A DNA stretch of 64,000 nucleotides from contig CAWCXJ010000010.1 of the NCBI GenBank assembly GCA_963799485.1, positions 1-64,000 on the forward strand, in the 5' to 3' direction. Below, piece after piece: positions 49,917 to 60,436 of the stretch. The notes below the pieces were generated by a model that was not told the origin of the DNA, made no database searches, and saw nothing but the letters and a program-made list of their open reading frames with translations. Positions within the stretch are counted from its first letter, which is position 1, and the number at the start of each line of letters is the position of its first letter. The translations under genes were made by a program, and so were the position numbers. Origin of the DNA: an uncultured Trueperaceae bacterium (lineage in GTDB: Bacteria > Deinococcota > Deinococci > Deinococcales > Trueperaceae).

Positions 49917-50331
49917 CCCGCTACTCTAACGTGCGCCGAGCTCAAACGACTGTGGCGCGGCATCGCATGAACTTTTTCGGTGCGCCCGTACAGGACACTA
50001 TAAAAATAACGAAACGAAATTTGCTCGGCGGAGCGGTAGCTTTTGCAAGCGAAACGCGTTCCGGAGGGAACATACAGGCTTTATACAATTACCGGCTTCA
50101 GACAATCACCGGCTGAAGCGTGACCAAAAAAACGCGTGGATATACCTGCTGACGGTACGCTTGTACTTTGTAAAACCAATCTTTATAATGGGTCAGCTCA
50201 CCCGGGGGCAGCCTCGCGCCGCAACAGACGCTGCCACATACATATTAGGCTCGTCTTAGGCTCGCCGGAACCGTTAGGGGTAAAACGCTGATGCCACGCA
50301 CCTCACCCACACTGCAAGCAGGAATACGCTA

Positions 50332-50799
50332 GTGCAGACCTCACCTGGGCCTAAAACTGCCACCCGAACGCCAAGTAAACCCGCTAGAGCCGAACTCGTC
50401 GATGAATTCGGCGGTCACGCCCTGCAGCTGATGTGGACGCTCCGCCAAGACGCAGCCCAGGCGTTCGGCCCGCTCGGGTTTCGCGCGGCCCGGGCGCTCC
50501 TGCTCGAGTTCGTCGGACGCGGCTACACACAACCCAAAGAGTTAGCCGAGCGCCTCGGCGTCGTTCCGCCCGCTGTCTCGACCATTATCGCCGAGCTGAC
50601 CGAAAGGGGCTTTTTGACGCGCCAAAGCGACCCGAGCGACGGACGCCGGGTACAGCTGAGCCTGACCGAAACCGGTCGGCGGGCACGCGCGCAGCTGCGC
50701 GAGGTGTGGAACGGCGCAGGGGCGGAACGGCTGGGCAGTTTTTCAGACGAGGAGTTGGAGACCTTCGTCCACCTCTGCCGTAAACTGCTCGCGGTTTGA
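50332..50799 (+). CDS. MarR family transcriptional regulator
   Basis: QPKELAERLGV...L.ERGFLTRQSDPSDGRRVQLSLTETG. Confidence 0.9.
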   Translation: MQTSPGPKTATRTPSKPARAELVDEFGGHALQLMWTLRQDAAQAFGPLGFRAARALLLEFVGRGYTQPKELAERLGVVPPAVSTIIAELTERGFLTRQSDPSDGRRVQLSLTETGRRARAQLREVWNGAGAERLGSFSDEELETFVHLCRKLLAV

Positions 50800-50836
50800 G
50801 GTTGAACGGGCGGCTCGAGCAGAGGCCCGTTCAGCC
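50800..50836. terminator. hairpin after the MarR gene
   Basis: ggttgaacgggc...gcccgttcagcc between convergent genes. Confidence 0.5.
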
Positions 50837-50941
50837 AAGCCAGCTAAACAGCTTTTATCGGTAGGTTTACCCCGGATGACGCCCGTTCGACCCCGGTCAA
50901 AACGCCTTGCAGGGGGGACAGGTCACCCTTTGAGCCAGCGC

Positions 50942-52099
50942 CTACGAAACGACCGACGCGCCCGCTGCGCCGCGACAAACGTACAGCGCAGGCTCGAGGC
51001 CCGTCGCCTGTTTGTACGCTTTAGCTACACGTTCGGTAAAACGCCCCGCAGCCGCCTCTTGCACGAGCGCCACCGCACACCCGGCAAAACCGCCACCGGT
51101 CATCCGCGCGCCGTAACAAGACGGTTCCGCTTGGGCAAACGAGACCATCTTATCGAGCTCGGAAGACGAAATTTCAAAATCGTCGCGCATCGATGCGTGG
51201 CTCTCGATCATCAGCCGCCCCAACTGTTCAGCGTCGCCCTTTTCCATCGCCGCTGCCGCCGCCTCGGTACGGTCATTTTCAGTGATGATGTGACGGGCGC
51301 GGCGGCGGGTCAGTTCGGGCAGTTCGGCTTCTCTTGTCAGGAACTGTGCTTCGCTCACGTCACGCAGCGCCGGAACACCGAAAAACGCAGCGGCTTCTTC
51401 GCACTGACGGCGGCGGTCGTTGTATTCCGAATCGACGTGCCGGTGACGGGTTGCCGTGTCCATCACCACGACAACGGTTTTGTCCGGCACCGGCACAGGG
51501 GTCGTTTCCAGACTGCGGCAGTCGATAAGGAGCGCCGACCCCGCTTCGCCGCACGCCGAGATGAGCTGATCCATAATGCCCGTCATCGCCCCGACCCATT
51601 CGTTTTCCGCGCGCTGCGCGAGCTTCGCCATCCGTTTAGGCTCCCAGGGAAAACCCGACGCTACCGAAAACGCCTGCATGGTCGCAAGTTCCAACGCCGC
51701 CGACGACGACAACCCCGCTCCGGCGGGTACATCGCTCGCCAACACGCCCTCCCAACCCGAGAGGGTAAAGCCGTCTTCTTGTAAAGCCCACGCGACACCC
51801 TTGAGGTATTCGGCCCAACCGTCACCTTTTTGCAGGTCAGTGAGCTCAAAGGTTGTCTCACCCCGGCCCAACGACGCCACCACGACCCGTGTGTCGGCGC
51901 GGCGGCGGAGTGCCAGATAAGTAGCGCGCTCGAGCGCCAAGGGCAACACGAACCCGTCGTTGTAGTCGGTGTGTTCACCGATCAAGTTGACCCGGCCCGG
52001 AGCCTGAACTACGGCCTCCGGCACAGTTCCAAAACGTTCCTTAAAAGCTTGTGTTACTTCGGCGGCTAAATCCATGCGTTCCACTCTACCTTCATCCAT
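50942..52099 (-). CDS. galK: galactokinase
   Basis: [45 protein letters not shown]; start may be 52075. Confidence 0.95.
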   Translation of the reverse strand: MDEGRVERMDLAAEVTQAFKERFGTVPEAVVQAPGRVNLIGEHTDYNDGFVLPLALERATYLALRRRADTRVVVASLGRGETTFELTDLQKGDGWAEYLKGVAWALQEDGFTLSGWEGVLASDVPAGAGLSSSAALELATMQAFSVASGFPWEPKRMAKLAQRAENEWVGAMTGIMDQLISACGEAGSALLIDCRSLETTPVPVPDKTVVVVMDTATRHRHVDSEYNDRRRQCEEAAAFFGVPALRDVSEAQFLTREAELPELTRRRARHIITENDRTEAAAAAMEKGDAEQLGRLMIESHASMRDDFEISSSELDKMVSFAQAEPSCYGARMTGGGFAGCAVALVQEAAAGRFTERVAKAYKQATGLEPALYVCRGAAGASVVS

Positions 52100-53072
52100 C
52101 CCGGTAACGCCGCAAAAACGCCAGCTTTTTCTGCACCTGAAACGACTCGCCCCCTTCGTGCCGGTTAAACGGCCAGACGACCAGCGCTTTTTCGCCCGCG
52201 TAGTGGTTATACGCCGCGTAGACGGTCGAGGGCGGACACACCTCGTCCATCAGACCGACCGAAAAGAGCGCCGACGCCTCCGCGTGCGCGGCGAAGTTTA
52301 CGCCGTCGAAATACGCCAGGGTCTGAAATACGGTCTCCGCTTTGTCCCGGTGGGTTTTGCAGTACGCCGTAATTTCACCGTAAGGCAGCGCGTCGGTCAG
52401 CTCAGACGCGCGGCGGTAGGCGCATAGAAAAGGCACGTCGGGAAGCGCGAGTTGAACCTTCGGAGCCAGCCCCAATCCTGCGAGCCCGGCGACGGCGAGC
52501 GTCAACCCGCCGCCCTGACTCCCGCCCGAAACCGCCAGACGGGTGGCGTCAACGCGTCCAAACGAGGCCGCAGCTTCTACGGCCCGCACCGCGTCGGTCA
52601 TCAGGCGGCGGTAGTAGTAGGTGTGCGGGTCTAAAATCCCCCGCGTCATAAAACCGGGAGTGCTCGGGCCACTCATATATTCATCCGGCGTATCGCCCTG
52701 CCGCCAGACACTCCCCTGCCCGCGCGTGTCCATCACCAGGTGCGCGTAACCGGCGCTCGAGTACACCAGCCAGTCGGTCGGAAAGCCGCGCCCGCCGCCG
52801 TAACCGATGGTCTCTATGACGCACGGCAGGTTCGTTTCACCGCGCGGCAAGAGCAACCAGCCCTTGATGGTCTGCCCCCCAAACCCGGCGAAGCTCACAT
52901 CGAAAACGTCTAGAGTTCTGAGCCCTGCGTCAACCGGCGTAAACTGCGCGCCTAGCGGATAAGCCCGCGTTTCGGTGAGCGTTTGTGTCCAGAACGCCGT
53001 AAAGTCCTCCGGTTCTTGACGCGTCGGTAAGTAGGTCTCGAGCGCCTCTTGCGGCAGGTCGTACAGGGCCAT
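52092..53072 (-). CDS. acetyl xylan esterase / cephalosporin-C deacetylase (CE7)
   Basis: [27 protein letters not shown]. Confidence 0.92.
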   Translation of the reverse strand: MALYDLPQEALETYLPTRQEPEDFTAFWTQTLTETRAYPLGAQFTPVDAGLRTLDVFDVSFAGFGGQTIKGWLLLPRGETNLPCVIETIGYGGGRGFPTDWLVYSSAGYAHLVMDTRGQGSVWRQGDTPDEYMSGPSTPGFMTRGILDPHTYYYRRLMTDAVRAVEAAASFGRVDATRLAVSGGSQGGGLTLAVAGLAGLGLAPKVQLALPDVPFLCAYRRASELTDALPYGEITAYCKTHRDKAETVFQTLAYFDGVNFAAHAEASALFSVGLMDEVCPPSTVYAAYNHYAGEKALVVWPFNRHEGGESFQVQKKLAFLRRYRDG

Positions 53073-53161
53073 GTTTCACTCCTCTCTAAAAAGACCAGCA
53101 TACCGTTCTAAACGGGTAGGCTTGAGTACGGCTTCGGGTATGTTTGAACGGAGGAGGTCAG

Positions 53162-54163
53162 GTGAACAAACTCAGATGGGGCGTGTTGGGTACCGCCCGA
53201 ATCATCAGAAAGACCATCCCGGCACTTCAGGCTGCAAAAAACGGCGAAGTCGTCGGTGTTGCCAGCCGGAGTAGCACGAAAGCCAAAGAGCACGCCGTAA
53301 AACACGACGTTCCGCAGGCGTTCGGGAGTTACGAGGCGCTGCTCGCGTCACCCGACATCGACGCCGTGTATATCACGCTGCCCAACGCGCTGCACCATGA
53401 ATGGGTCATCAAATCGCTCCGGGCAGGCAAACACGTCTTGTGCGAAAAGCCTTTGGCGATGCGCGCCGCCGAGTGTGAAGCCATCGAACACGTCGCCGCT
53501 GAAACCGACCTGAAAGTTCTGGAAGGCTTTATGTACCGTTTTCACCCGCGTTTTGAAAAGCTGCAGGAGCTGCTGCAAAAGCGGGTCGTCGGTGAGCTCA
53601 GGTTCGTCCGCGTGGCCCACTCGTTTGCCGCTGAGAACCGGGACAATATCCGCTGGTTTTCGGAACTCGGCGGCGGCGCACTCTTTGACGTCGGCTGTTA
53701 CTGCGTCAACATCAGCCGGACGCTTGCGGGCGAAGAACCCGGTGACGTTTCCGCGTTTGCCAATTACGAAGCTGCTGCCGATGAGGGACGGGTAGACGTG
53801 AGCCTTGCAGGGCTGCTGCGGTTTCCGGGCGGGGCGACGGCGCTCTTTGATTGCGGCGTCGATTTGGAGCGGCGTAACCTGCTGGAAATCGTCGGGACGG
53901 CGGGGCGGCTCTATCTGAAAAATCCCTTTAGCTTGCTCGAAGAAGATTCGGTCATCGAAGAACATCACTTCGGGCAAGACACTATGGTGCACGAGATCAA
54001 CGGCGAAAACCATTTTACCCGGATGGGTGAACACTTTGCCGACGCTGTGCTGAACAGCGCGCCGCTGCGCTACGGGTTGGGCGACGCGGTGGAGAATGCT
54101 CGAGTCCTAGAGGCGCTTTCAGAAGCGGCAAAGCGCAATGACGGGCGGGAGGTCGGAGTCTGA
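53162..54163 (+). CDS. Gfo/Idh/MocA family oxidoreductase
   Basis: WGVLGTARI, HVLCEKP, GGGALFDVGCY; RBS ggagg before GTG 53162. Confidence 0.92.
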   Translation: MNKLRWGVLGTARIIRKTIPALQAAKNGEVVGVASRSSTKAKEHAVKHDVPQAFGSYEALLASPDIDAVYITLPNALHHEWVIKSLRAGKHVLCEKPLAMRAAECEAIEHVAAETDLKVLEGFMYRFHPRFEKLQELLQKRVVGELRFVRVAHSFAAENRDNIRWFSELGGGALFDVGCYCVNISRTLAGEEPGDVSAFANYEAAADEGRVDVSLAGLLRFPGGATALFDCGVDLERRNLLEIVGTAGRLYLKNPFSLLEEDSVIEEHHFGQDTMVHEINGENHFTRMGEHFADAVLNSAPLRYGLGDAVENARVLEALSEAAKRNDGREVGV

Positions 54164-54168
54164 CACGT

Positions 54169-55284
54169 ATGTCAAGAGATGAGATTTTAGAGACGGCTGA
54201 GACGTTATCCAAGGGATTTGCCGAGAGAGCCGCCGCAGCCGACCGCAACGGGACACTTCCAGCTGAAGACGTTGCCGCGTTTAGAGCGTCGGGCTTGGCG
54301 GCGCTCAGCGTTCCGCAAAGTTACGGCGGGTTGGGCGCTGACTTAGGACTGGCGACCGAAGTCTTGCTGAGGCTCGCGCAGGGCAGCACTTCGGCGGCGC
54401 TGGTCGCAGCCATGCAGGTCAACTTGTTCGGGCACAGCCTCGAGACACGCGCGTGGGGGGACCACACCGAAACCTTCTGCCAGCTTGCCGTAAAAGGCGA
54501 ACTCTTTAACGCCGCCGCCAGCGAACCCCAACTCGGTTCACCGTCGCGGGGCGGGCTGCCGGAAACTTACGCCGAACGGCGCGGCAGCGCGCTCGTCTTA
54601 AACGGTCACAAGACCTGGGTCACGGGCGGCGAGCGCCTGGATCATCTGCTCGTGCGGGCCAGGGTCGGCGACGAAGCCAAAACCGTGTGGTGCCCGAACC
54701 ACACGCCGGGCGTGCGCTGGGAAAGAACGTGGGGCGGCGGCCTCAGCCTCCGGGGGAGCGGGTCGAACGACGTGTTTTTTGAAGGCGTTGAGCTGCCTGC
54801 CTCGCATCTTCTAGACGACGGGCCGAAAGCCGTCAACGTCTGGTTTCCGCTGCTGATCGGCGCAACTTACTTAGGTACGGCCTTAGCAGCACGTGACGCC
54901 GCCGTAAACTACGCCCAAACGCGCGTCCCGACGGCGCTCGGCAAACCCATCGCTACCTTGCCGACGATTCAGCGGCAGTTGGGCGAGACGGAAGTCAAGC
55001 TGATGGCGGCGCGGGGTCTGCTTTTAGAAACCGCCGCTGCCTGGGACGCTCGGGGGGATAGAGAGGCGTTTTACCCCCGGGTCGTCGCTGCCAAGTACGT
55101 CTCCGTGGAAACGGCGCTGAGCGTCACCGAAGCGGCCCTCAGGCTGGCCGGGGGCTCCAGCCTCTCCCCCGAGCTGCCGCTCGAGCGCTTTTTCCGCGAT
55201 GTTCGCGCCGGACTGATGCACCCACCTTCGGGCGACGCAGCTTTGGAGCTCGTCGGCAGACACCGTTTGGGCAATCCGGTTTGA
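54169..55284 (+). CDS. acyl-CoA dehydrogenase-family flavoprotein
   Basis: SEPQLGSPSRGG, LNGHKTWVTG, LRGSGSNDV, LERFFRDVRAG. Confidence 0.88.
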   Translation: MSRDEILETAETLSKGFAERAAAADRNGTLPAEDVAAFRASGLAALSVPQSYGGLGADLGLATEVLLRLAQGSTSAALVAAMQVNLFGHSLETRAWGDHTETFCQLAVKGELFNAAASEPQLGSPSRGGLPETYAERRGSALVLNGHKTWVTGGERLDHLLVRARVGDEAKTVWCPNHTPGVRWERTWGGGLSLRGSGSNDVFFEGVELPASHLLDDGPKAVNVWFPLLIGATYLGTALAARDAAVNYAQTRVPTALGKPIATLPTIQRQLGETEVKLMAARGLLLETAAAWDARGDREAFYPRVVAAKYVSVETALSVTEAALRLAGGSSLSPELPLERFFRDVRAGLMHPPSGDAALELVGRHRLGNPV

Positions 55285-55326
55285 GCTTCTAAAGCGCTGC
55301 CGTAAACCGGGAGTAGACTGTGCGCT

Positions 55327-56400
55327 ATGAACTTCCTCAACCTCTTGCTCGTGTTCGTCCCGGTGACGTTCTGGCTCGAGTTCACGCGCGCTTCGGACAC
55401 CCTGGTTTTCGGTGCGGCAGCTTTGGCGATTTTGCCCCTTGCCGGACTGATGGGCAGCGCTACCGAACAGCTCGCCGTCCACACCGGCTCGACCATCGGC
55501 GGATTACTTAACGCCACTTTCGGTAACGCTACAGAGCTGATTATCGCGTTTTTTGCGCTCTCCGCCGGCAAGTTCGACGTCGTTAAAGCGTCCTTGACCG
55601 GCTCGATTATCGGCAATTTGCTCCTGGTTCTGGGCTTATCTATCTTTTTGGGCGGCCTCCGCTACCCCCGGCAGACCTTTAACGCCCACGCCGCGCAGGT
55701 CACGGCAAGCTTGCTGACGATTTCGGTTATCGCCTTTTTGGTTCCGGCGCTATTTGACTTTACCGAACGCTCGTTCGGCGTCGCGCCCGGCGAAGTCCGC
55801 ATCGACGACACCCGCTTGGCGCTCGGCGTGTCGGTCGTGCTTATTACTCTCTACATTGCCAACATCGTCTTTAGCCTGATTACGCACCGCGATATGCTCT
55901 CGGAAGCCGATGAAGAGGAGCACGGCGACGCCTGGAACCCGCTCGCGGCTATCGGCGTTTTGGTCGGGGCGACGGTGTTAGTCGGGTTTATGTCGGAATA
56001 TCTGGTGAGTTCTCTGGAAGGTTTTACCGCCGACTTCGGCCTGTCCGAATTTTTTGTCGGTCTGATCATCATTCCCATCGTCGGCAACGCCGCCGAACAC
56101 GCCGCCGCCGTCGTCTTTGCGCTGAAAAACAAGATGGGGCTGGCCGTGACGATTGCGCTCGGTTCGACCACACAGATTGCGCTGTTAGTCGCGCCGCTGC
56201 TCGTTGTATTGTCGTTTGTTATTCAAAAGCCGATGGATTTGGTGCTGAACAATTCGCTCGAGCTCGTCGCGTTAGTCGCCGCCGTATTTATCGCCAATTC
56301 GGTCGCCCGCGACGGCGAGACGAACTGGCTCGAGGGCTTTATGCTGCTGGGCGTTTACCTGATTCTGGGAATCGCCTTTTTCTTTTTGCCGAGTGCTTGA
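55327..56400 (+). CDS. calcium/proton antiporter (CAX/ChaA)
   Basis: GGLLNATFGNATE, IPIVGNAAEHA, DGETNWLEG. Confidence 0.93.
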   Translation: MNFLNLLLVFVPVTFWLEFTRASDTLVFGAAALAILPLAGLMGSATEQLAVHTGSTIGGLLNATFGNATELIIAFFALSAGKFDVVKASLTGSIIGNLLLVLGLSIFLGGLRYPRQTFNAHAAQVTASLLTISVIAFLVPALFDFTERSFGVAPGEVRIDDTRLALGVSVVLITLYIANIVFSLITHRDMLSEADEEEHGDAWNPLAAIGVLVGATVLVGFMSEYLVSSLEGFTADFGLSEFFVGLIIIPIVGNAAEHAAAVVFALKNKMGLAVTIALGSTTQIALLVAPLLVVLSFVIQKPMDLVLNNSLELVALVAAVFIANSVARDGETNWLEGFMLLGVYLILGIAFFFLPSA

Positions 56401-56423
56401 CGGGCGGCTCGCAGCTCGAGCCT

Positions 56424-56831
56424 TTACCTGCCGGAACGCGCCTCGTCGGCGAGCAAATCGCGGATTTCCCGGAGCAGCGCGACCTCGAGCGGCAATTCTT
56501 CGGCGGTCTCAGACTCGGCCTCTTGACGCCGAAAGTTCTGCGCCGCCGTGGCAAGCCGCACCACCACGAACATGGCAAACGCAACGATCAAAAAGTTGAT
56601 GATGGTGTTTAGAAACGCGCCGTAGCGAATTACGACCTGACTGTTCAGGCGCAGTACCAAGTCTTGAAAATCTACCCCGCCGACCAGGTAACCAATCGGC
56701 GGCATGATCACGTCGTCTACGAGTGAAGTGGTAATCGCACCGAACGCCGCGCCGAGTACGACGGCGACCGCGAGGTCTAAAACGTTGCCGCGAGCGATGA
56801 AAAGCTGAAAATCCTTGAAAAATCCGCGCAT
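56424..56831 (-). CDS. mscL: large-conductance mechanosensitive channel
   Basis: FIARGNVLDLAVAVVLGAAF, YGAFLNTIINF, LLREIRDLL; RBS aggagg. Confidence 0.95.
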   Translation of the reverse strand: MRGFFKDFQLFIARGNVLDLAVAVVLGAAFGAITTSLVDDVIMPPIGYLVGGVDFQDLVLRLNSQVVIRYGAFLNTIINFLIVAFAMFVVVRLATAAQNFRRQEAESETAEELPLEVALLREIRDLLADEARSGR

Positions 56832-56870
56832 ACGAGCCTCCTGAAACTTCCCCGCGCCCAATATACCCGC

Positions 56871-57239
56871 TCAGCTCAGGGGGTCGGTAAAGCGTTGGAA
56901 CTCGAGCCGGTACCCATCCGGGTCACGGGCAAAAAAGTGATAGATACCGAAACGCTCGCTCTGTTTAGGCGGCGCTTCGGTATAAACGCCTAGCTCGGTG
57001 AGTTTACGGTACGCGCCGTCTACCTCGCCCGGCACGAGCGTCAGGATAAGGCCGGGGGGTTCGGGCACTTGACTATGCCGACAAAAACCCAGGTATCCGC
57101 CTGAGGCAGCCCGGAAGAGGACACAGCTACCCTGGTCTCTGGCAACCTCTAGCCCTAAAGCTTGGTAGCACTCGGCTGTCCGCACCAAATCGCGGCAGGG
57201 GTAAAAACCGATAAAGCTGTCTGGCTTTAAGTCTGTCAA
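56871..57239 (-). CDS. VOC/glyoxalase family protein
   Basis: DLVRTAECYQALGL, GIYHFFARDPDGYRLEFQ; TTG start just after nadE. Confidence 0.82.
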   Translation of the reverse strand: MTDLKPDSFIGFYPCRDLVRTAECYQALGLEVARDQGSCVLFRAASGGYLGFCRHSQVPEPPGLILTLVPGEVDGAYRKLTELGVYTEAPPKQSERFGIYHFFARDPDGYRLEFQRFTDPLS

Positions 57240-57246
57240 GGTCGGG

Positions 57247-58128
57247 TCAATAATCCACCGGACGCAGGTAGAACTCACCGATAGCAGTGCTCGAGACCAC
57301 CGCCGAGATCGGCAGTTCACGTTTCCAGTGCGTCCTTGCCACCAACCCTTTGACCAGCACTATTTCAGCTTCGGTAAACCCCAATCCCTGAATGTACGCG
57401 TCCTCGAACCCGGCTAGATGGTGAACTAAGATCGTATCGGCCCGTTCATACGAGATGCCCAGGTCGGCCTCATCGGACTGCCCGACCACGAGGTCGGCTG
57501 AAGGCGGTTTTTGCGAGATTTCTTTCGGAACGCCCAGGTATTCAGCTAACGCCCGCACCTGCGTTTTGAAAAGGTCGCCCAAAGGATTGACCGGGGCGGC
57601 GTCGGCCACGTCGTGCCAGGTGTAGTAACCGAACATCCGTTCGGTTTTGTTACCCGTTCCCAGATGTACCGCGTTCAGTTCGGCGGACTTATCGAAGGCG
57701 ACGACCATCCGCGCCCGCGCCATCACGTTGCCTTTACGCAGCGGCGTCATATTGGGGACTAAAGCCGCGTAGCCGTCGACCATGCCGGTGATATCGACGG
57801 TTTCAGACGGAACGCCTAGGTCGTCGATCACGAGTTGCGCGTGCTTTAAGGACTCCGCATGCGACGTTCTGTAAGGCAGCCGCAGCGCGTGAACATTTTC
57901 TGCGCCGAACGCCCGCACTGCCAGGTAAATTGTCACGGCGCTGTCGATGCCCCCTGAAAGCGGCACAATAACGCGCCCGAAGCCTTTACGCCGCGTGACC
58001 TCATCGCGTAAAAACGCCACTAGAAAGTCGGTTGTGACCGGCAGCTCGAGCGTGAGCGATTTGCGTGGGCGGCCCTCAGCCCTTAGAACAGGCAGCGCTT
58101 CTACGTCGCGGTTTAGTGCCTTACTCAC
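57247..58128 (-). CDS. nadE: NAD+ synthetase (synthetase subunit)
   Basis: LSGGIDS, GNVMARARM, GTGNKTE, LGDLFKTQV, KPPSADL. Confidence 0.93.
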   Translation of the reverse strand: MSKALNRDVEALPVLRAEGRPRKSLTLELPVTTDFLVAFLRDEVTRRKGFGRVIVPLSGGIDSAVTIYLAVRAFGAENVHALRLPYRTSHAESLKHAQLVIDDLGVPSETVDITGMVDGYAALVPNMTPLRKGNVMARARMVVAFDKSAELNAVHLGTGNKTERMFGYYTWHDVADAAPVNPLGDLFKTQVRALAEYLGVPKEISQKPPSADLVVGQSDEADLGISYERADTILVHHLAGFEDAYIQGLGFTEAEIVLVKGLVARTHWKRELPISAVVSSTAIGEFYLRPVDY

Positions 58129-58997
58129 TTGACGGTCTCTCCTGCCTCTTGAAAGGCGCGCACCAGCTCGGGCAGGTTTGTCCGCAGGTCGGCTAACAGC
58201 GGATTCTCGTAACGGGCCGTTTGGATGCTCTCCAAATGCACGTCTGTGACGATAATCTGCTCGTCGAACAGCTCACCTTTGGCAACCACCACGCCGTAAG
58301 GATCCATCATGTGCGACATCCCCGAAAAACCCTTGCCTCCCTCGAACCCGGTGAGGCAGGTCGTCAGCACGTAAACGCCGTGCTCGGCGGCGATGCCTTT
58401 AGCGGTATCTTCCCAGCGGCGGGCGTTCACAGGCTCCGCGCCGGTCAAATCGCGTACCGGGCTGGCAGTTGGAATATACAAGATGTCGGCCCCTTTGAGC
58501 GCCAGCACCGCCGCCGTCGAAGCGTGCCACGCGTCCTCGCAGATCAGCACTCCGGCGCGTCCGAAACGGGTGCCAAAGGCGTCCAAACGCCAACCACGTG
58601 AGACAAAACGCTCCTCATCGAAAACGCCGTAGGTCGGCAGGAACAGTTTACGGTGGACATGCCGGATACCGGCGTTCGGCGTGTTGAACTCGGCGTACAT
58701 CGCGCTATTAAAAAATGCGCCGCCGTCGCGTTCGTAGAACCCGGTGCAGATGTCGAGCGGGTCGGTGCGTCCGGCTTCTATTACGGCGCGCTGCAAGTGT
58801 TCAAAAAGAGCGTCAGCGGTCAGCGCCTGTTCGCGGACGCCCGCCTGCAAAAAGTAGCCGGTCAACGCGGTTTCAGGGAGCGTCAGCACGTCTACTTGCT
58901 CACCTTCCAGCTGCCGAACGATCTCTGAAAGCCGCGCCAGATTCCTGTCCAGTTGCGATTTATGCGGCTTAAACTGCACGAGTGCGTGACGTATCAT
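58125..58997 (-). CDS. nitrilase-family glutaminase subunit of NAD synthetase
   Basis: Catalytic E-K-C: LPETALTGY, HRKLFLPTYGVFDE, ICEDAW; 4-bp overlap with nadE. Confidence 0.88.
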   Translation of the reverse strand: MIRHALVQFKPHKSQLDRNLARLSEIVRQLEGEQVDVLTLPETALTGYFLQAGVREQALTADALFEHLQRAVIEAGRTDPLDICTGFYERDGGAFFNSAMYAEFNTPNAGIRHVHRKLFLPTYGVFDEERFVSRGWRLDAFGTRFGRAGVLICEDAWHASTAAVLALKGADILYIPTASPVRDLTGAEPVNARRWEDTAKGIAAEHGVYVLTTCLTGFEGGKGFSGMSHMMDPYGVVVAKGELFDEQIIVTDVHLESIQTARYENPLLADLRTNLPELVRAFQEAGETVK

Positions 58998-59201
58998 CGG
59001 CTTTATTCTACCTGTTTGGGCCGGAGCGCCGGTTCGAGAGCTTGCTTGTCTTATGGCTGGGGCGCTGCCAAGCCGCCGGGCGATTTAGTAGTGGTCGATC
59101 ACAAGCCCTGCAGCTGTGAGATTTCGTGCTTCAGACTGCCAAACGCCTTGCGCTGTGTCTTTTTACCGACCGTTTCGCCGTTTGCTCTTTAGGCTGACGC
59201 T

Positions 59202-59648
59202 ATGGCACCTATCCCCGCCATCTTCCTCGCCATACCGAATACTCACCCCTCGCTTAGCGTTCCCGGTCACTACACGCGGCTCCTTTGCGGCGCACCTCTA
59301 AGCGTTATTTTGGAGAGCTTGCAAACCGCCGCTACACCCCCCGAACTCATTGTACTAGACGCTTTTACGGTGTTGGGGGGCGGCCTCGGCACCTTAACTT
59401 CGCTAAAAAAGACGGTCGCCCGAAGTGGCGCGACGCTGCTCCTCGTCAGCGGTTTAGATGAAAATCTTACCGGCTGGGTGGCCCAGGCAACCGGCGCACA
59501 CGCAGCTGTTTTGGAGAGACCCCAAGCCGAACCCTTTGCCCGACTTGCTGAACTGCTTCTCAGCGAGCGAGCCGCTGCCGCAGCGCTTCATAAAGAAGCA
59601 GCGCCCCGGCCGTCGCTACGTTCAGGCTATCTGCCTGTCCCTGCATAG
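59202..59648 (+). CDS. hypothetical protein (possible degenerate receiver-like fold)
   Basis: TAGGCT-6nt-ATG leaderless signal; PPELIVLD...LLLVSG; 3' end overlaps the TrmH gene. Confidence 0.5.
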   Translation: MAPIPAIFLAIPNTHPSLSVPGHYTRLLCGAPLSVILESLQTAATPPELIVLDAFTVLGGGLGTLTSLKKTVARSGATLLLVSGLDENLTGWVAQATGAHAAVLERPQAEPFARLAELLLSERAAAAALHKEAAPRPSLRSGYLPVPA

Positions 59649-60354
59649 GAATCTTTACGGCCTCGCCTGCGGCCAACCACTCGGGCGATAAACCGCTATG
59701 TTCTGCGCCGAGTACGGCGGCGGTGCGGCCCGCAAAGTCGGCGTCCCAGTAAAGCGTGTCGGCGTGCGGCGTGGCGGCGACGAGCGAAAACTGTTCACGC
59801 CCTAGCCACGCTAAAAGTTCAGCGCTTTTTACGGCGAGCGCCGGGACACTAAAGACGCTGCCCATACTCGAGCGCACCACATTCGGGTTCTCTAGATCGG
59901 TGCCGTACCCGGTCGTAAAAAGCGCGTGTGCGCCTACTCCGTCGGCAGTTCGCAGGAGCGCGCCCAAGTTGCCGGGTTTCTCGAGCCCCTCGACCACCAC
60001 CACAAGCGCGTCGTCGGGCAAGATCAAATCGGTAAGACGTTTTTCGTGTCGTTCAGCTACGGCGATGATGCCGTCGGGATGTTCACGGTAGCTGAGCACC
60101 TTGAAGGCCGCCCCGGAAAGTTCGGTTACGCTGACACCGCAAGTCTGGGCTAGCTCGAGAACACTTTGCCCTTCACTACCCAAAAAAGCCGGACAGAAGT
60201 AGAGGGTCTCGAGCCTGAATCCGGCCTCGAGTGCCCGTGTGACCTCTCGTGCTCCCTCGATTAAAAAACGCGCTTCGCGTTCCCGTATTCGCCGCGACTT
60301 GAGTTTAGCCGCCGCCCGAACTTCGGGGTTTTGCGCCGAGCTGATCCGCTTCAC
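59560..60354 (-). CDS. TrmH/SpoU family RNA methyltransferase
   Basis: EKPGNLGALLRTAD, VVRSSMGS, GAEHSGL, IPMQGQADSLNVA. Confidence 0.93.
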   Translation of the reverse strand: MKRISSAQNPEVRAAAKLKSRRIREREARFLIEGAREVTRALEAGFRLETLYFCPAFLGSEGQSVLELAQTCGVSVTELSGAAFKVLSYREHPDGIIAVAERHEKRLTDLILPDDALVVVVEGLEKPGNLGALLRTADGVGAHALFTTGYGTDLENPNVVRSSMGSVFSVPALAVKSAELLAWLGREQFSLVAATPHADTLYWDADFAGRTAAVLGAEHSGLSPEWLAAGEAVKIPMQGQADSLNVATAGALLLYEALRQRLAR

Positions 60355-60436
60355 CTGCTTACCATACCGCGCACCAGCTTGCGAAAAAGGCGCTTCAGCG
60401 TTTAGAGTTAATCGGTTGCGTACCTGGAGAACCCAT

